NCBI GenBank assembly: GCA_048885925.1
Contig: JBHLLG010000030.1
Location: 1-32,917 of the forward strand
DNA from: Candidatus Hermodarchaeota archaeon
Lineage (GTDB): Archaea > Asgardarchaeota > Lokiarchaeia > Sigyniarchaeales > SOKP01
Direction: 5' to 3'
DNA length: 32,917 bases
The notes under the pieces were generated by a model. The model had not been told where the DNA came from. It worked only from the letters and a program-made list of their open reading frames with translations, and did not search any database. The position numbers and the translations under genes were made by a program. Shown here piece by piece: positions 16,415-26,098 of this stretch (the stretch's first letter is position 1; each line of letters opens with the position of its first letter).

Positions 16415-17794
16415 ATGCCTAATAAACCAGATAAAATAAAGTTTTTAGAAGTATTTAGCAATGCAGTTGACCAATTCATTGATCACTCTTTTTCCCATGT
16501 TATAAATATTTCTCATAACGATGCTGATGGAATTAGTTGTTTGCATATAATCCAGAATTTATTACATAAGATGCATATAAACTATGATTACTTCATATAC
16601 AATAGATCAGTTTCTTGGGAAAATTATTTAAATGGTATTTTATCCAATAGGCAAACTGATAAAAATGCTTTTATTTTTACTGATGTTGGTTCTAATTTAA
16701 AAGAAATAATACCAATTATTAACGATAGAAAAGAAGTGTTTTTTATCTTAGATCATCATGAAGTAGAATCTGATTTACATTCTGAAGAATTTCCTGAAAA
16801 TTTATTTTTTATAAATCCAACCCTCTATGGATTTGACGGACTAGATCACATTGCTGGAGCAACATTGACATATATGTTTGCAAAACGAGTAAAACCCTCA
16901 ATTATAAGGCAGGGATGGTTAACTGTTTTAGGAATTGCTGGAGATTCGTTAAAACCAATGGATAAGCTTCAATCTTTTAATAGAGAAATATATGAAGAAT
17001 TAATTGAAGAAGAACTCATTGAAGATAAAGAGGGCTTAATTCTTTTTGGGGCTATGCATGAATCAATTAAAAATAGTTTGAAATTTAGTATATTACCTTT
17101 TATTAAAGGGATCGGAGGAGAATCAGATGATAAAATCAATAAGTTTCTAAATAAATTAAAAATTAACCCAAAAACTAGAATATGTGATTTAAGTAATTCC
17201 GAAATCCAATTAATTCAAAAAGAAGCTAATTTTGATAGTTTTGGCCATTATGCTCAACTAACTCACAAAACGGGTTTACTAAAATTAGCTTTTGAACATG
17301 CTCTGCTATTAAATATATTATGTTTTAAAAATATAAGTGCGGCAATTTCTATGATTCAATTAAAATCTATAACGCGATACGCTAAAGACATTTATTTTGA
17401 ATATATTGATAATCTAGTTAGAAATTTACGAACAATATCTATTGAATCCCCTCAATATGAAACTGAAAAAGCAATATTTTTGGAAGTAAAAGGAAAAATA
17501 CCACCCAGTAATTGGTCTGATACTGCAAGTTTTAGTACAGTAAATTATTTATTCGATCAGAATAAAATTTTGTTTTTAGGTGGACCTGAAAAAAAATCAG
17601 GCACAATTAAATTAAGTATTAGATGTTCTAGAAAGTATCTCAAGAATAATAAAACAAATGGAGTAAATGCAATAATTTCTAAAATTAAAAAAGAATTAGG
17701 AGGTGTGGGGGGAGGTCACAAGTTAGCTGGCGGTATAAGGCTGTCAAAACCCTCCTATAATTTATTAAAAGAAAAAGTTGATGAATTTATATAA
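16415..17794 (+). CDS. DHH/DHHA1 phosphoesterase (RecJ/GAN/Cdc45-like nuclease)
   Basis: SHNDADG, FTDVGS, ILDHHE, INP, LSIR and GGGHKLAGG. Confidence 0.88.
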   Translation: MPNKPDKIKFLEVFSNAVDQFIDHSFSHVINISHNDADGISCLHIIQNLLHKMHINYDYFIYNRSVSWENYLNGILSNRQTDKNAFIFTDVGSNLKEIIPIINDRKEVFFILDHHEVESDLHSEEFPENLFFINPTLYGFDGLDHIAGATLTYMFAKRVKPSIIRQGWLTVLGIAGDSLKPMDKLQSFNREIYEELIEEELIEDKEGLILFGAMHESIKNSLKFSILPFIKGIGGESDDKINKFLNKLKINPKTRICDLSNSEIQLIQKEANFDSFGHYAQLTHKTGLLKLAFEHALLLNILCFKNISAAISMIQLKSITRYAKDIYFEYIDNLVRNLRTISIESPQYETEKAIFLEVKGKIPPSNWSDTASFSTVNYLFDQNKILFLGGPEKKSGTIKLSIRCSRKYLKNNKTNGVNAIISKIKKELGGVGGGHKLAGGIRLSKPSYNLLKEKVDEFI

Positions 17795-17824
17795 TATTTA
17801 AGGTCGATATAATTTTTTAGACTA

Positions 17825-18136
17825 ATGAAATTTCTAGAAAAACTTTCAAACAAGAAATATCTAATTAAATTACATGTTAAACCAAATTCAAAATCTCAAA
17901 AAATAATAGAAAATGATGAGTTTTTAACAATATCTTTACTCTCAAAGCCCTGTCAAAATAGAGCAAATAAAGAATTAATAAATCTTCTAAGAAATAAATT
18001 AAAGTTATCATCAAGTCAAATTCAGATAATCTCTGGATCAAAAAGCTCAAAAAAACTAGTTAAAATAACTTTTTTGGAAAGAATTGAAGAAAGAGATTTA
18101 ATAAGAAAGCTGCTTAATGATTTAAATTTAAATTAG
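17825..18136 (+). CDS. DUF167 (UPF0235/YggU) family protein
   Basis: LHVKPNSK...P..NRANKELINLL...IQIISGSKSSKKLV. Confidence 0.88.
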   Translation: MKFLEKLSNKKYLIKLHVKPNSKSQKIIENDEFLTISLLSKPCQNRANKELINLLRNKLKLSSSQIQIISGSKSSKKLVKITFLERIEERDLIRKLLNDLNLN

Positions 18137-18483
18137 CTCCCAATTTTCTTCATTTTTCCACATTTCAAGCATGTTATAAAATGGGTCATTCCCTCATCAG
18201 CTCTCCTTGTTTGCCTTGTTTCAAGGTTAGCTTTTGTATATCCACATCGAGGACATTTAAAATCTTTAATGGAACTTCTCAAATTTTCTTCTTTCCAATC
18301 TATTACTTCAACTAGATTTGTAACTTCATTTCTTATTGAATGTTCAATTTTAGTTGTTAATTTATAAGCCTCAGATTTTTCTTCATTAAATGTTTTCATT
18401 GCTCCACACCTACATTTGAATATCTTTTTCCCATTTAAGTTTGATGGTAGCATCATACTTCCGCATTCATCACAGAATTCCAT
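18133..18483 (-). CDS. tfs: Transcription factor S (TFS, RpoM/RPB9/TFIIS family)
   Basis: MEFCDECGSMM N-terminal Zn ribbon; C-terminal CPRCG...QTRRADEGMTHFITCLKCG with an intact DE hairpin. Confidence 0.92.
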   Translation of the reverse strand: MEFCDECGSMMLPSNLNGKKIFKCRCGAMKTFNEEKSEAYKLTTKIEHSIRNEVTNLVEVIDWKEENLRSSIKDFKCPRCGYTKANLETRQTRRADEGMTHFITCLKCGKMKKIGS

Positions 18484-18565
18484 TATCTATTAACCCCTAA
18501 CAGATTTTATAAAATTAATTTTCTAAAATATTATAAATAATCCATACCAAAAAATTTTTTTAAAT

Positions 18566-19540
18566 TTAAAATCTTAAACCTAAGGCTAATCCACAAAATA
18601 TTACTCCCGAAATTAGATCAGCGGTTGTACCAGGATTTAATTTACCTTTTTTTTCTTGAAGTTCATTATCTAATTCAAATGCTAACCTTAATCCTTTTTC
18701 CGATGCAATACCCTTGTTCTTTAATATTATTGATGCTCTTTTTGAAACGTATAATGCGGCTTCTATTCCGGATTTTCTAATAATAAGACTATCAGGATTT
18801 AATGATAATAATTTAAGATATGTATTAACAGTAGCTATGTTTATATCTTTATATTCTCTAAAGACTTTAAGAAAGAATGGCAATCCTTCATTCAAAATAA
18901 TAGAAAAGCATGAAGAGTATTCTAAACTTATTAAATCATATTCTTTTGAAAGTTCAAATACTTTTTTTAAATTTATATTATCGCTAATAATTTCTTCAAT
19001 TGAATTTTCATCATTGATGTCATACTTTTCAATCTTACCTAAACCGCCTGGATTACATAATTTAATTGCCCTATATAAATTTAAAGTGTCATTTACAGAG
19101 GAGTTTTCTATTATTTTACTCAAGAAATATTTAAGATCGTTAATCTTATATTGATGTTCCTTTAAACAGATAGTAACTGCTGCCGCTAGTGGTGCTAATA
19201 TTAATATATGTCCTAGCAATACATTACCTCCATATTGCCATTTTGTCATTTCTTCAGCTGCATTCTTAAAAAAAAGCCCTAATTCAATTGATTTGTAATC
19301 ATCATTACTTTTAAATGATTTTTGGTATATTTCCTCGCAAAACAATCTAAAACTTGGTTGAATAGCTATAATTCCGACTAGATAATGTTCAAATCTCGTT
19401 TTTTCAAAATTTTTCATTCGATGAACATTTCCTGGTTTAGGATAACCAGCTAACTCCAATAAACTAGCTAAACTTATACATCGTATTAAATCATCCACAG
19501 ATTTAATTGATATATTAAAATTAGTTTCTTCTAAAGACAC
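18566..19540 (-). CDS. citG: Archaeal CitG-family triphosphoribosyl-dephospho-CoA synthase homolog
   Basis: LLELAGYPKPGNVHR, GGNVLLG, PDSLIIRKSG and LNPGTTADLI. Confidence 0.85.
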   Translation of the reverse strand: MSLEETNFNISIKSVDDLIRCISLASLLELAGYPKPGNVHRMKNFEKTRFEHYLVGIIAIQPSFRLFCEEIYQKSFKSNDDYKSIELGLFFKNAAEEMTKWQYGGNVLLGHILILAPLAAAVTICLKEHQYKINDLKYFLSKIIENSSVNDTLNLYRAIKLCNPGGLGKIEKYDINDENSIEEIISDNINLKKVFELSKEYDLISLEYSSCFSIILNEGLPFFLKVFREYKDINIATVNTYLKLLSLNPDSLIIRKSGIEAALYVSKRASIILKNKGIASEKGLRLAFELDNELQEKKGKLNPGTTADLISGVIFCGLALGLRF

Positions 19541-19590
19541 ATCTAAAATAACTTACTAAATTATATAATTTTATTGCAAAAGCAAAAGAA

Positions 19591-19899
19591 TTAATAATAA
19601 CTTAATTCTACCAATTTCTTTTCTTTTAACATATATCCTTTACTATCAACAGTTTGATAAGAAATTGGCCTGAAATTATTACTTAAATTGTTCTTATGGA
19701 GAAATTTTTTAATTCTAAGCTTTAATGTTCTTTTAGATAATTTAATTGGCATTTCTACATTGATATCATTTCCATTACGATTAAGTTTTATTTGAGGTAG
19801 TGCTTCAGATAAGAATCTAATAAGATCGAGAACATGTTGTTCGCTTTTAAAACTTAAATCCTTAACGTTTATTGTAAAAGCTTTATTTATTTCACTCAT
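19591..19899 (-). CDS. rpl22e: Ribosomal protein eL22 (L22e)
   Basis: FTINV...LSKRTLKLRIKKFLHKNNLSNNFRPIS...ELSYY matches the eL22 pattern [32 protein letters not shown]; 102 aa, basic. Confidence 0.8.
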   Translation of the reverse strand: MSEINKAFTINVKDLSFKSEQHVLDLIRFLSEALPQIKLNRNGNDINVEMPIKLSKRTLKLRIKKFLHKNNLSNNFRPISYQTVDSKGYMLKEKKLVELSYY

Positions 19900-20061
19900 T
19901 TGCTACACTTATAATAGGAATACTATCTTTTTTTAATATAATTAAAAATATTATTAATTTTTTATGATTTTAATATCATAATTCAATTTTTATAGTTTTT
20001 TTAGGCAAAGTTCTTTAGAATCTACAGAATTTAGAATAAAATAAGTAAATGGTGGTATAAA

Positions 20062-21342
20062 TTGGTGGATTATGTAGATTTGGATTATAAACCAAGCGAA
20101 AATGATCTAATCGCAATGTATTATGTAGAAATTTCTCCCGAATGCAAAAGTCTAGAGCAAGCATCTGAAGAAATAGCAAAAGAAAGTTCAATCGGTACAT
20201 GGACAGAAATCGCAACTTTATCGGCAGAAATAGCTAAAAAACTTAAACCCTCAACATTTTTTATTGATTCAGAAAGTAAGATCATAAAAATTGCTTATAC
20301 AAAAGATCTTTTTGAATTAAACAATTTACCACAGATATTAAGTGCTGTAGCAGGGAATATTTATGGAATGAAAGTATTAAAGTCGTTAAGACTACTAGAT
20401 GTAAGTTTTCCCAAGGATATTGTCAAAGTATATAAGGGCCCTAAATATGGAATAGAAGGAATTAGGAAATTAACTGGAGTAAGAGATAGACCCCTTCTTG
20501 GTACAATTGTAAAACCAAAAGTAGGGTTAAATGAAGTAGAACATGCAAAAGTATGTGGAGATGCTTGGATTGGCGGATTAGATATAGTTAAAGATGATGA
20601 AAATCTTACAAGTATGACTTTTAACAAGTTTGAGAAAAGAATCAATGAAACTTTAAAAGTTCGGGACAAAGTGGAAAATCAAACTGGAGAACGAAAGTTT
20701 TACATGCCAAATATAACAGCGCCTCTTAGTATTATGAAAAATCGTGCAGATTATGTGGCTAAAAATGGAGGAGAATATGTAATGGTTGATATTATTACAA
20801 TAGGATTCTCGGCATTACAAGAGATTAGAGAATATCTTGAAGATAAAGAATTAGTAATTCATGCTCACAGAGCGATGCATGCAGCAATTACTCGAAATAA
20901 AAGACATGGAATGACTATGTTAATATTAGCTAAATTAATGAGATTAATTGGTATGGATCAATTACACACAGGAACTATTGTTGGAAAAATGGAAGGAGGA
21001 AAACAAGACGTTTTACAAATAAATGAATTAATGACAAATTCAAAAGTTATTGGTGACAATAAATCAATTCTTACCCAAGATTGGGGAATAATTAAACCAG
21101 TTTTGCCTGTTGCTTCAGGAGGACTGAGCCCACTACATGTTCCAGAATTAATTAAGATATTAGATAAAAATATGGTATTTCAATTTGGTGGAGGTTGTCA
21201 TGGACATCCCGATGGAACTAAAGCTGGCGCAAAAGCAATTAGACAAGCAGTAGATGCCAGTTTACAGGGTTACGAATTACCAGAATATGCACAAAAGCAT
21301 AATGAACTAGCAAAAGCTATTCAAAAATGGGGTAAAAATTAA
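20062..21342 (+). CDS. rbcL: Ribulose-1,5-bisphosphate carboxylase, form III
   Basis: Catalytic motifs ESSIGTWT, AGN, GTIVKPKVGL, DIVKDDE, HAHRAMH, QLHTGTIVGKMEG, ASGG and QFGGG are all present. Confidence 0.95.
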   Translation: MVDYVDLDYKPSENDLIAMYYVEISPECKSLEQASEEIAKESSIGTWTEIATLSAEIAKKLKPSTFFIDSESKIIKIAYTKDLFELNNLPQILSAVAGNIYGMKVLKSLRLLDVSFPKDIVKVYKGPKYGIEGIRKLTGVRDRPLLGTIVKPKVGLNEVEHAKVCGDAWIGGLDIVKDDENLTSMTFNKFEKRINETLKVRDKVENQTGERKFYMPNITAPLSIMKNRADYVAKNGGEYVMVDIITIGFSALQEIREYLEDKELVIHAHRAMHAAITRNKRHGMTMLILAKLMRLIGMDQLHTGTIVGKMEGGKQDVLQINELMTNSKVIGDNKSILTQDWGIIKPVLPVASGGLSPLHVPELIKILDKNMVFQFGGGCHGHPDGTKAGAKAIRQAVDASLQGYELPEYAQKHNELAKAIQKWGKN

Positions 21343-21343
21343 A

Positions 21344-22276
21344 TCATACCATTTCGGGATATAATTTTGAAAAATAATTAGTTACATGACTCGAAGCGAA
21401 TATACCTGCTTCTGTAATTAAACCATCTATATACCTTCTACTTACTGTTTCAAATGCTGGATTTAAAATTTCAATTCCCTCTGGAGGGTTATTCCATATT
21501 TCTTGAGGATCTCTCATTTCAATAATTTCTAAAATTCCAAGATTAGTTTCAGGATTATATTTTAATAAAGGAGAGGCAACATAAAAAGGAACATGTTCTT
21601 CATGAGCTACTAATGCAAGTAGTCTTGATCCAATTTTGTTGATAATTGTTCCTTCAGAAGTTATGCTATCAGCTCCAATTAGAATTAAATCTACTTGAAA
21701 ATGTCTTACAGCCCATCTCATTGCGCTATCAACAATATGAGTAACCTCAATTCCAGCATTCAATAGTTTTTTTGCAGTTTTCCTCCCTTGTAATCTTGGT
21801 TGAGTTTCAGTATTTATTACTCTAAAATTTTTTCCTTGTTTATTGGCTTCTAAAAGAATTGCTGCAACTAAAGATGAGTGGCAGTGTGTCATCACCACAA
21901 ACTTTTTATCAGCATTAGGAATACGTCGAGCCCCAATTTCAGCAATTTTTTTCTTTGAATTTTGCAGCATGTCATAGTATTGGTCTTTGTATTTATCTAT
22001 AATATCCGAGATATAATTTACATGACAATATTCCTTTTCTTGTTCTAATTTATTCATTATAAATTTCAAACCATTTTTCATAGCAGGTTCCGTTGGTCGT
22101 GTATCAATTAGGATATTTACTGCCTTGTAAAGAATTTCAATACAACTCACTATATTTTCACATTTTATTCTTTTAGCATAATTGCTTAAGAATTCAATGG
22201 CTTTAATGGCAATATTGGTGGCTCCCTGGATCTCTAAGGTTTTAATCTTTTGAGCATCATTTAATAATTCTTTCAT
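21344..22276 (-). CDS. e2b2: Ribose-1,5-bisphosphate isomerase (eIF-2B alpha/beta/delta family)
   Basis: IQGATNIA, TRPTEPAMKN, THCHSS (catalytic Cys), ETQPRLQG, GADSIT, NKIGS and NPAFE; adjacent to form III RuBisCO. Confidence 0.88.
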   Translation of the reverse strand: MKELLNDAQKIKTLEIQGATNIAIKAIEFLSNYAKRIKCENIVSCIEILYKAVNILIDTRPTEPAMKNGLKFIMNKLEQEKEYCHVNYISDIIDKYKDQYYDMLQNSKKKIAEIGARRIPNADKKFVVMTHCHSSLVAAILLEANKQGKNFRVINTETQPRLQGRKTAKKLLNAGIEVTHIVDSAMRWAVRHFQVDLILIGADSITSEGTIINKIGSRLLALVAHEEHVPFYVASPLLKYNPETNLGILEIIEMRDPQEIWNNPPEGIEILNPAFETVSRRYIDGLITEAGIFASSHVTNYFSKLYPEMV

Positions 22277-22294
22277 GATATATTCACATTCCTT

Positions 22295-22474
22295 TTAGGG
22301 GGATTTTTGTTCCTCATCTAATTCATAATCTTCAGAATCTATTTCAACATAAAAACGTCCCATATATCCACAATTAGTGCATTCGTACATTTCAGGGGCA
22401 AGCCAACCTGAAACGTTTACAGCACTTCTTAGTTTCGGTTCCTTACATCTGGGGCAAATTCTAATATTTACCAT
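22295..22474 (-). CDS. Small zinc-ribbon protein (59 aa), not in the ORF track
   Basis: MVNIRICPRCKEPKLRSAVNVSGWLAPEMYECTNCGYMGRFYVEIDSEDYELDEEQKSP*; two CxxC motifs; ends 18 nt before the isomerase ATG. Confidence 0.8.
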   Translation of the reverse strand: MVNIRICPRCKEPKLRSAVNVSGWLAPEMYECTNCGYMGRFYVEIDSEDYELDEEQKSP

Positions 22475-22639
22475 TTTTAATATACGTAATTTTGAATACT
22501 AGAAGGTGGTTAATTATTTTATATTTAATAATAATAAATAACATTTACTCTCTCTCATTTTTAATTATGAATCATTTTTATAATAAATGAAATATAAAAT
22601 TGATAAAACTATTATAACACAACCCTCAATAATATTATC

Positions 22640-24478
22640 GTGTTTATGAAAGACCTAGAGCTCCAGAGAAAAAGTTTACCAAATGAACCGGGAGTTTATT
22701 TATTTGTAGATAAAGAGGGCTCAATTATTTATGTAGGAAAAGCTATTAATCTAAAAAAGAGAGTAAATCAATATTTCCTAAAAACAAGTTATACTGATCC
22801 ATATTACGAAGAAAAGATCAAAGATCTAGTAGCAAAAATCCATTCTATTGAATATATTATAACTGAAAACGAAAAAGAAGCCCTTATTCTAGAAAACATT
22901 CAAATTAAGAAATATTTACCTCGTTTTAATGTAATTATGAGGGATTCTAAGTCATATCCGTGGGTTTCAATTTTTTACTCTGAAGATTTCCCAAGAATCC
23001 GTGTACTTAGGAATCCTGAGAAATACTCCCAGGAGAACTTGTTTTTAGGACCATATACCGATAAAAAAGAAATTATTAGAATTTTAAGAGATCTAAGAAA
23101 AATTTTTCCTTATTGTTCTTGTAAAAAACCTATTCGAAAAAGAATGAGACCTTGCTTATACTATCAACTAAAACTATGTCCAGGACCATGTTTCTCAGAT
23201 ATTTCACGCGAAGAGTATCATGAGAATATTAAAAATATAGAATTATTTTTAAGAGGAGAAACCAATGAATTAATGAAACAGATCGAAAAAAAAATGAATA
23301 ATGCTTCAAAAGATAAAAACTTCGAAAAAGCTGCTTTCTGGAGGGATAAATTGGAAGACATTAAACATGCAACAGATAGCCAGCATGTATTGATGAATCA
23401 TGAGGCGAATAAGGATATTGTTGGATTTTTTAGTGATGAAAAATATATGGCAATGGTTATTATCCATATACGCGAAGGTAGAATTCTAAATACAAGTTCT
23501 TTTATATTTGATTTAAGAGAGAAATTAATACAAAAAGATGAGATTCTAAATTCAATTTTAGAGCAATACTACCAAGAATTTATATCGAAATTACCAGAAA
23601 TTATTGTTATTCCCCTAATAAATGAAAGATTTAAAATATTTACAGCTTTTTTGAAAGACCTTAAAGATGACCTTGAAATAAGGGTTCCAAGTAACGAAAA
23701 TGAAAGTAGTTTAATGAGGATAACCACTAAAAATGCCGCAGTTATTGTAGAACAAAAAGCACAAATTGAAGAAATTATGATGAATGATGAAAAATTCAGA
23801 GAAAAAATTCTAAAAGACATAAAAAAAATCTTGAAATTACCAAAATTGCCAAGAATTATTGAAGGGTTTGATATCTCAAATATAGAGGGTATTGATGCTA
23901 CCGGTTCTATGGTTTACTTTCTTGATGGAAAACCTTATAATAAGAATTATAGGCATTTTAAAATTCGTTCTAAAACAACACCAGATGATGTTGCAATGAT
24001 GAAAGAAATTTTAAGAAGAAGATATAAAATGCTTTTAGAAAGAAATTTAGAATTACCTGATTTAATTTTAGTTGATGGTGGAAAAGGGCAATTGAATGCA
24101 GGGATTTCAGTTTTAGAAGAATTAGGTCTTAATATTCCAATTATTGGATTGGCTAAAAAATATGAAGAGATATATATAGCTACTAAAAAAGAACCAGTTG
24201 TTCTTCCAAGAAATTCTTCTGTTTTGAAATTGTTTCAAAGAGTTCGCGATGAAGCTCATCGCTTTGCAGTTAGACTTCATAAAAAACAAAGAATACGACG
24301 TATGAAAGGTTCAATTTTAGATAATATTGAAGGAGTAGGGCCAGTTACAAGAAATAAATTACTCAATCATTTTGGAAGTATAGATAATATAAAGAACGCA
24401 CCTTTAGAGGAGATTTCACAGATAATAGGAAAAAAATTAGCAGAAAAAGTGCTAAAAGAATTAAAAAAACATTCCTAA
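22640..24478 (+). CDS. uvrC: Excinuclease ABC subunit C
   Basis: GIY-YIG (PGVYLF..IIYVGKAINLKKRV), UVR domain, EGFDISNI, LILVDGGKGQL, RDEAHRFA and C-terminal HhH. Confidence 0.96.
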   Translation: MFMKDLELQRKSLPNEPGVYLFVDKEGSIIYVGKAINLKKRVNQYFLKTSYTDPYYEEKIKDLVAKIHSIEYIITENEKEALILENIQIKKYLPRFNVIMRDSKSYPWVSIFYSEDFPRIRVLRNPEKYSQENLFLGPYTDKKEIIRILRDLRKIFPYCSCKKPIRKRMRPCLYYQLKLCPGPCFSDISREEYHENIKNIELFLRGETNELMKQIEKKMNNASKDKNFEKAAFWRDKLEDIKHATDSQHVLMNHEANKDIVGFFSDEKYMAMVIIHIREGRILNTSSFIFDLREKLIQKDEILNSILEQYYQEFISKLPEIIVIPLINERFKIFTAFLKDLKDDLEIRVPSNENESSLMRITTKNAAVIVEQKAQIEEIMMNDEKFREKILKDIKKILKLPKLPRIIEGFDISNIEGIDATGSMVYFLDGKPYNKNYRHFKIRSKTTPDDVAMMKEILRRRYKMLLERNLELPDLILVDGGKGQLNAGISVLEELGLNIPIIGLAKKYEEIYIATKKEPVVLPRNSSVLKLFQRVRDEAHRFAVRLHKKQRIRRMKGSILDNIEGVGPVTRNKLLNHFGSIDNIKNAPLEEISQIIGKKLAEKVLKELKKHS

Positions 24479-24660
24479 TTTTATTTACTTTGACTTTAGG
24501 AGTGAAATATCAAAAAAAATATTTTTCATTTAATTCATTGGTTTTTTTTATGTATTATTTCAATTACATTAATTATCCCTTATGGTTAATCAACATATCT
24601 CTACTTTTTTAAAATATCGCCAGTCTGGAAATTGGAAAGATGAATCATGAAAAGCGTTAA

Positions 24661-26079
24661 TTAGCTTATGATTAGTTTCATTAGTTCTGCTGTTGCTTCA
24701 CAATAAACTCTTGCTAATGATTCTCTTTTGGCTTCACTTATAATTCTAATGACAGGCTCTGTATTCGAGGGATGAATAAGAACAAACCAATCTTTTCCTT
24801 GGCCAAATCTGAGATCATTATTTATCTGTTCTACATTTTCTCCTTCATTAATCAATTCTTTTTTCAATTTTTGGATAATTGAAACAATATCCATATTTCT
24901 AATATCGACTTTTATTCGATGGGAATAATATTTAGGTAATTTTGCTACTAATTGAGATATTTTTTCTCCTGATTTTACTAATATTTCAATAATTTTTGCT
25001 GCTGCGAATACTCCATCTCGGGTATTATTGAAATATGGAAACATAAAACCTCCACATGATCCTTCTCCACCAAAAACTAAGCTATTCTCAGACTGATCTA
25101 AAAGTAAATTGTCCATTTCTTCCATTAAGAATCTTTCTCCTACTGGAGTCCTTATGACTCTAGCATCGTATTTCTCAGCAATCGCTTCAAACCTTAATGA
25201 AGATGCTAAATTTGTTACAAAAGTTATTTCTTTCTCCTTCTTAGTTTTTAAATAATATTCCGCGATTAGTGCTAATCCTATGTCTTCTGGATAATAAACT
25301 CCACTTTCTCCAATAATCGCTAATCTATCTGCATCTGTGTCATGAGCAAATCCGATATCATATTTCCCTTGCCATACTTCCATTATTAGATCTGAGAGAT
25401 TTTGCTTTATTGGCTCAATTTTCCGTGGGAAATCTTTATTTACAAGTAGTTCATCATTAATCACTTTTACCTCACATCCTAATTCATTTAAAACTTTAGG
25501 TGTTACTAATTTTCCAGCACCCGCACCAGGATCAACAACCACCCTAAGATTATTTTTATATTTAATTTCTTTATAATCAATATATTTCAATAAATCTCTA
25601 ATATAATCTCTAACCGGATTCAAATTTTCAACATTTTGCTTTGAATTTGAGTTAATTTTGGAATAAGAGTTCAAATCAATGGTTTTAAAATAGTTTGAAA
25701 TTATCTCTAAATCAAAATCGTTTAAAAATGTTTTTGATGACATTAATTTTAAGCCATTCCATTCTTGGGGATTATGTGAACCTGTAATAATGATTGCTCC
25801 AGGTATATTTAATTTCTTCTTTGCATAAATTATTACTGGGGTAGGACAGATTCCAAGATGTAATACTTTAAAATCTGATACACTTAATCCTTCAATTATA
25901 GCTTTTTCAATAAAATCTCCACTTGGTCTTGTGTCTCTGCCAATAATTATTTTCCTGTTTTTATTAATAAACCATAATCCATAAGCAATAGCGATTTTTT
26001 TAACGTTATTGAAATTTAAATCTTTATTGATTAAACCTCTTATTCCACTCAAGGTAAAGATCAAATTATTTATCTTCAT
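24661..26079 (-). CDS. Alpha-D-phosphohexomutase (phosphomannomutase/phosphoglucosamine mutase family)
   Basis: SGIRG, GRDTRPSG, ITGSHNP (phospho-Ser), DTDADR, TPVGE and PSNTEPVIRI. ATG at 26079 is preferred over the start at 26106, which overlaps the upstream gene. Confidence 0.92.
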   Translation of the reverse strand: MKINNLIFTLSGIRGLINKDLNFNNVKKIAIAYGLWFINKNRKIIIGRDTRPSGDFIEKAIIEGLSVSDFKVLHLGICPTPVIIYAKKKLNIPGAIIITGSHNPQEWNGLKLMSSKTFLNDFDLEIISNYFKTIDLNSYSKINSNSKQNVENLNPVRDYIRDLLKYIDYKEIKYKNNLRVVVDPGAGAGKLVTPKVLNELGCEVKVINDELLVNKDFPRKIEPIKQNLSDLIMEVWQGKYDIGFAHDTDADRLAIIGESGVYYPEDIGLALIAEYYLKTKKEKEITFVTNLASSLRFEAIAEKYDARVIRTPVGERFLMEEMDNLLLDQSENSLVFGGEGSCGGFMFPYFNNTRDGVFAAAKIIEILVKSGEKISQLVAKLPKYYSHRIKVDIRNMDIVSIIQKLKKELINEGENVEQINNDLRFGQGKDWFVLIHPSNTEPVIRIISEAKRESLARVYCEATAELMKLIIS

Positions 26080-26098
26080 GTTTATTCTATATTCTTTT

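Noticed and set aside
20062-21342. RuBisCO as evidence of autotrophy
   Set aside because: It is form III with an R15P isomerase neighbour, and no phosphoribulokinase or small subunit is in the window.
21344-22276. Calling this gene a true eIF2B subunit given the nearby aIF2-gamma
   Set aside because: It retains the isomerase catalytic Cys/Asp motifs and abuts RuBisCO, so R15P isomerase is more parsimonious.
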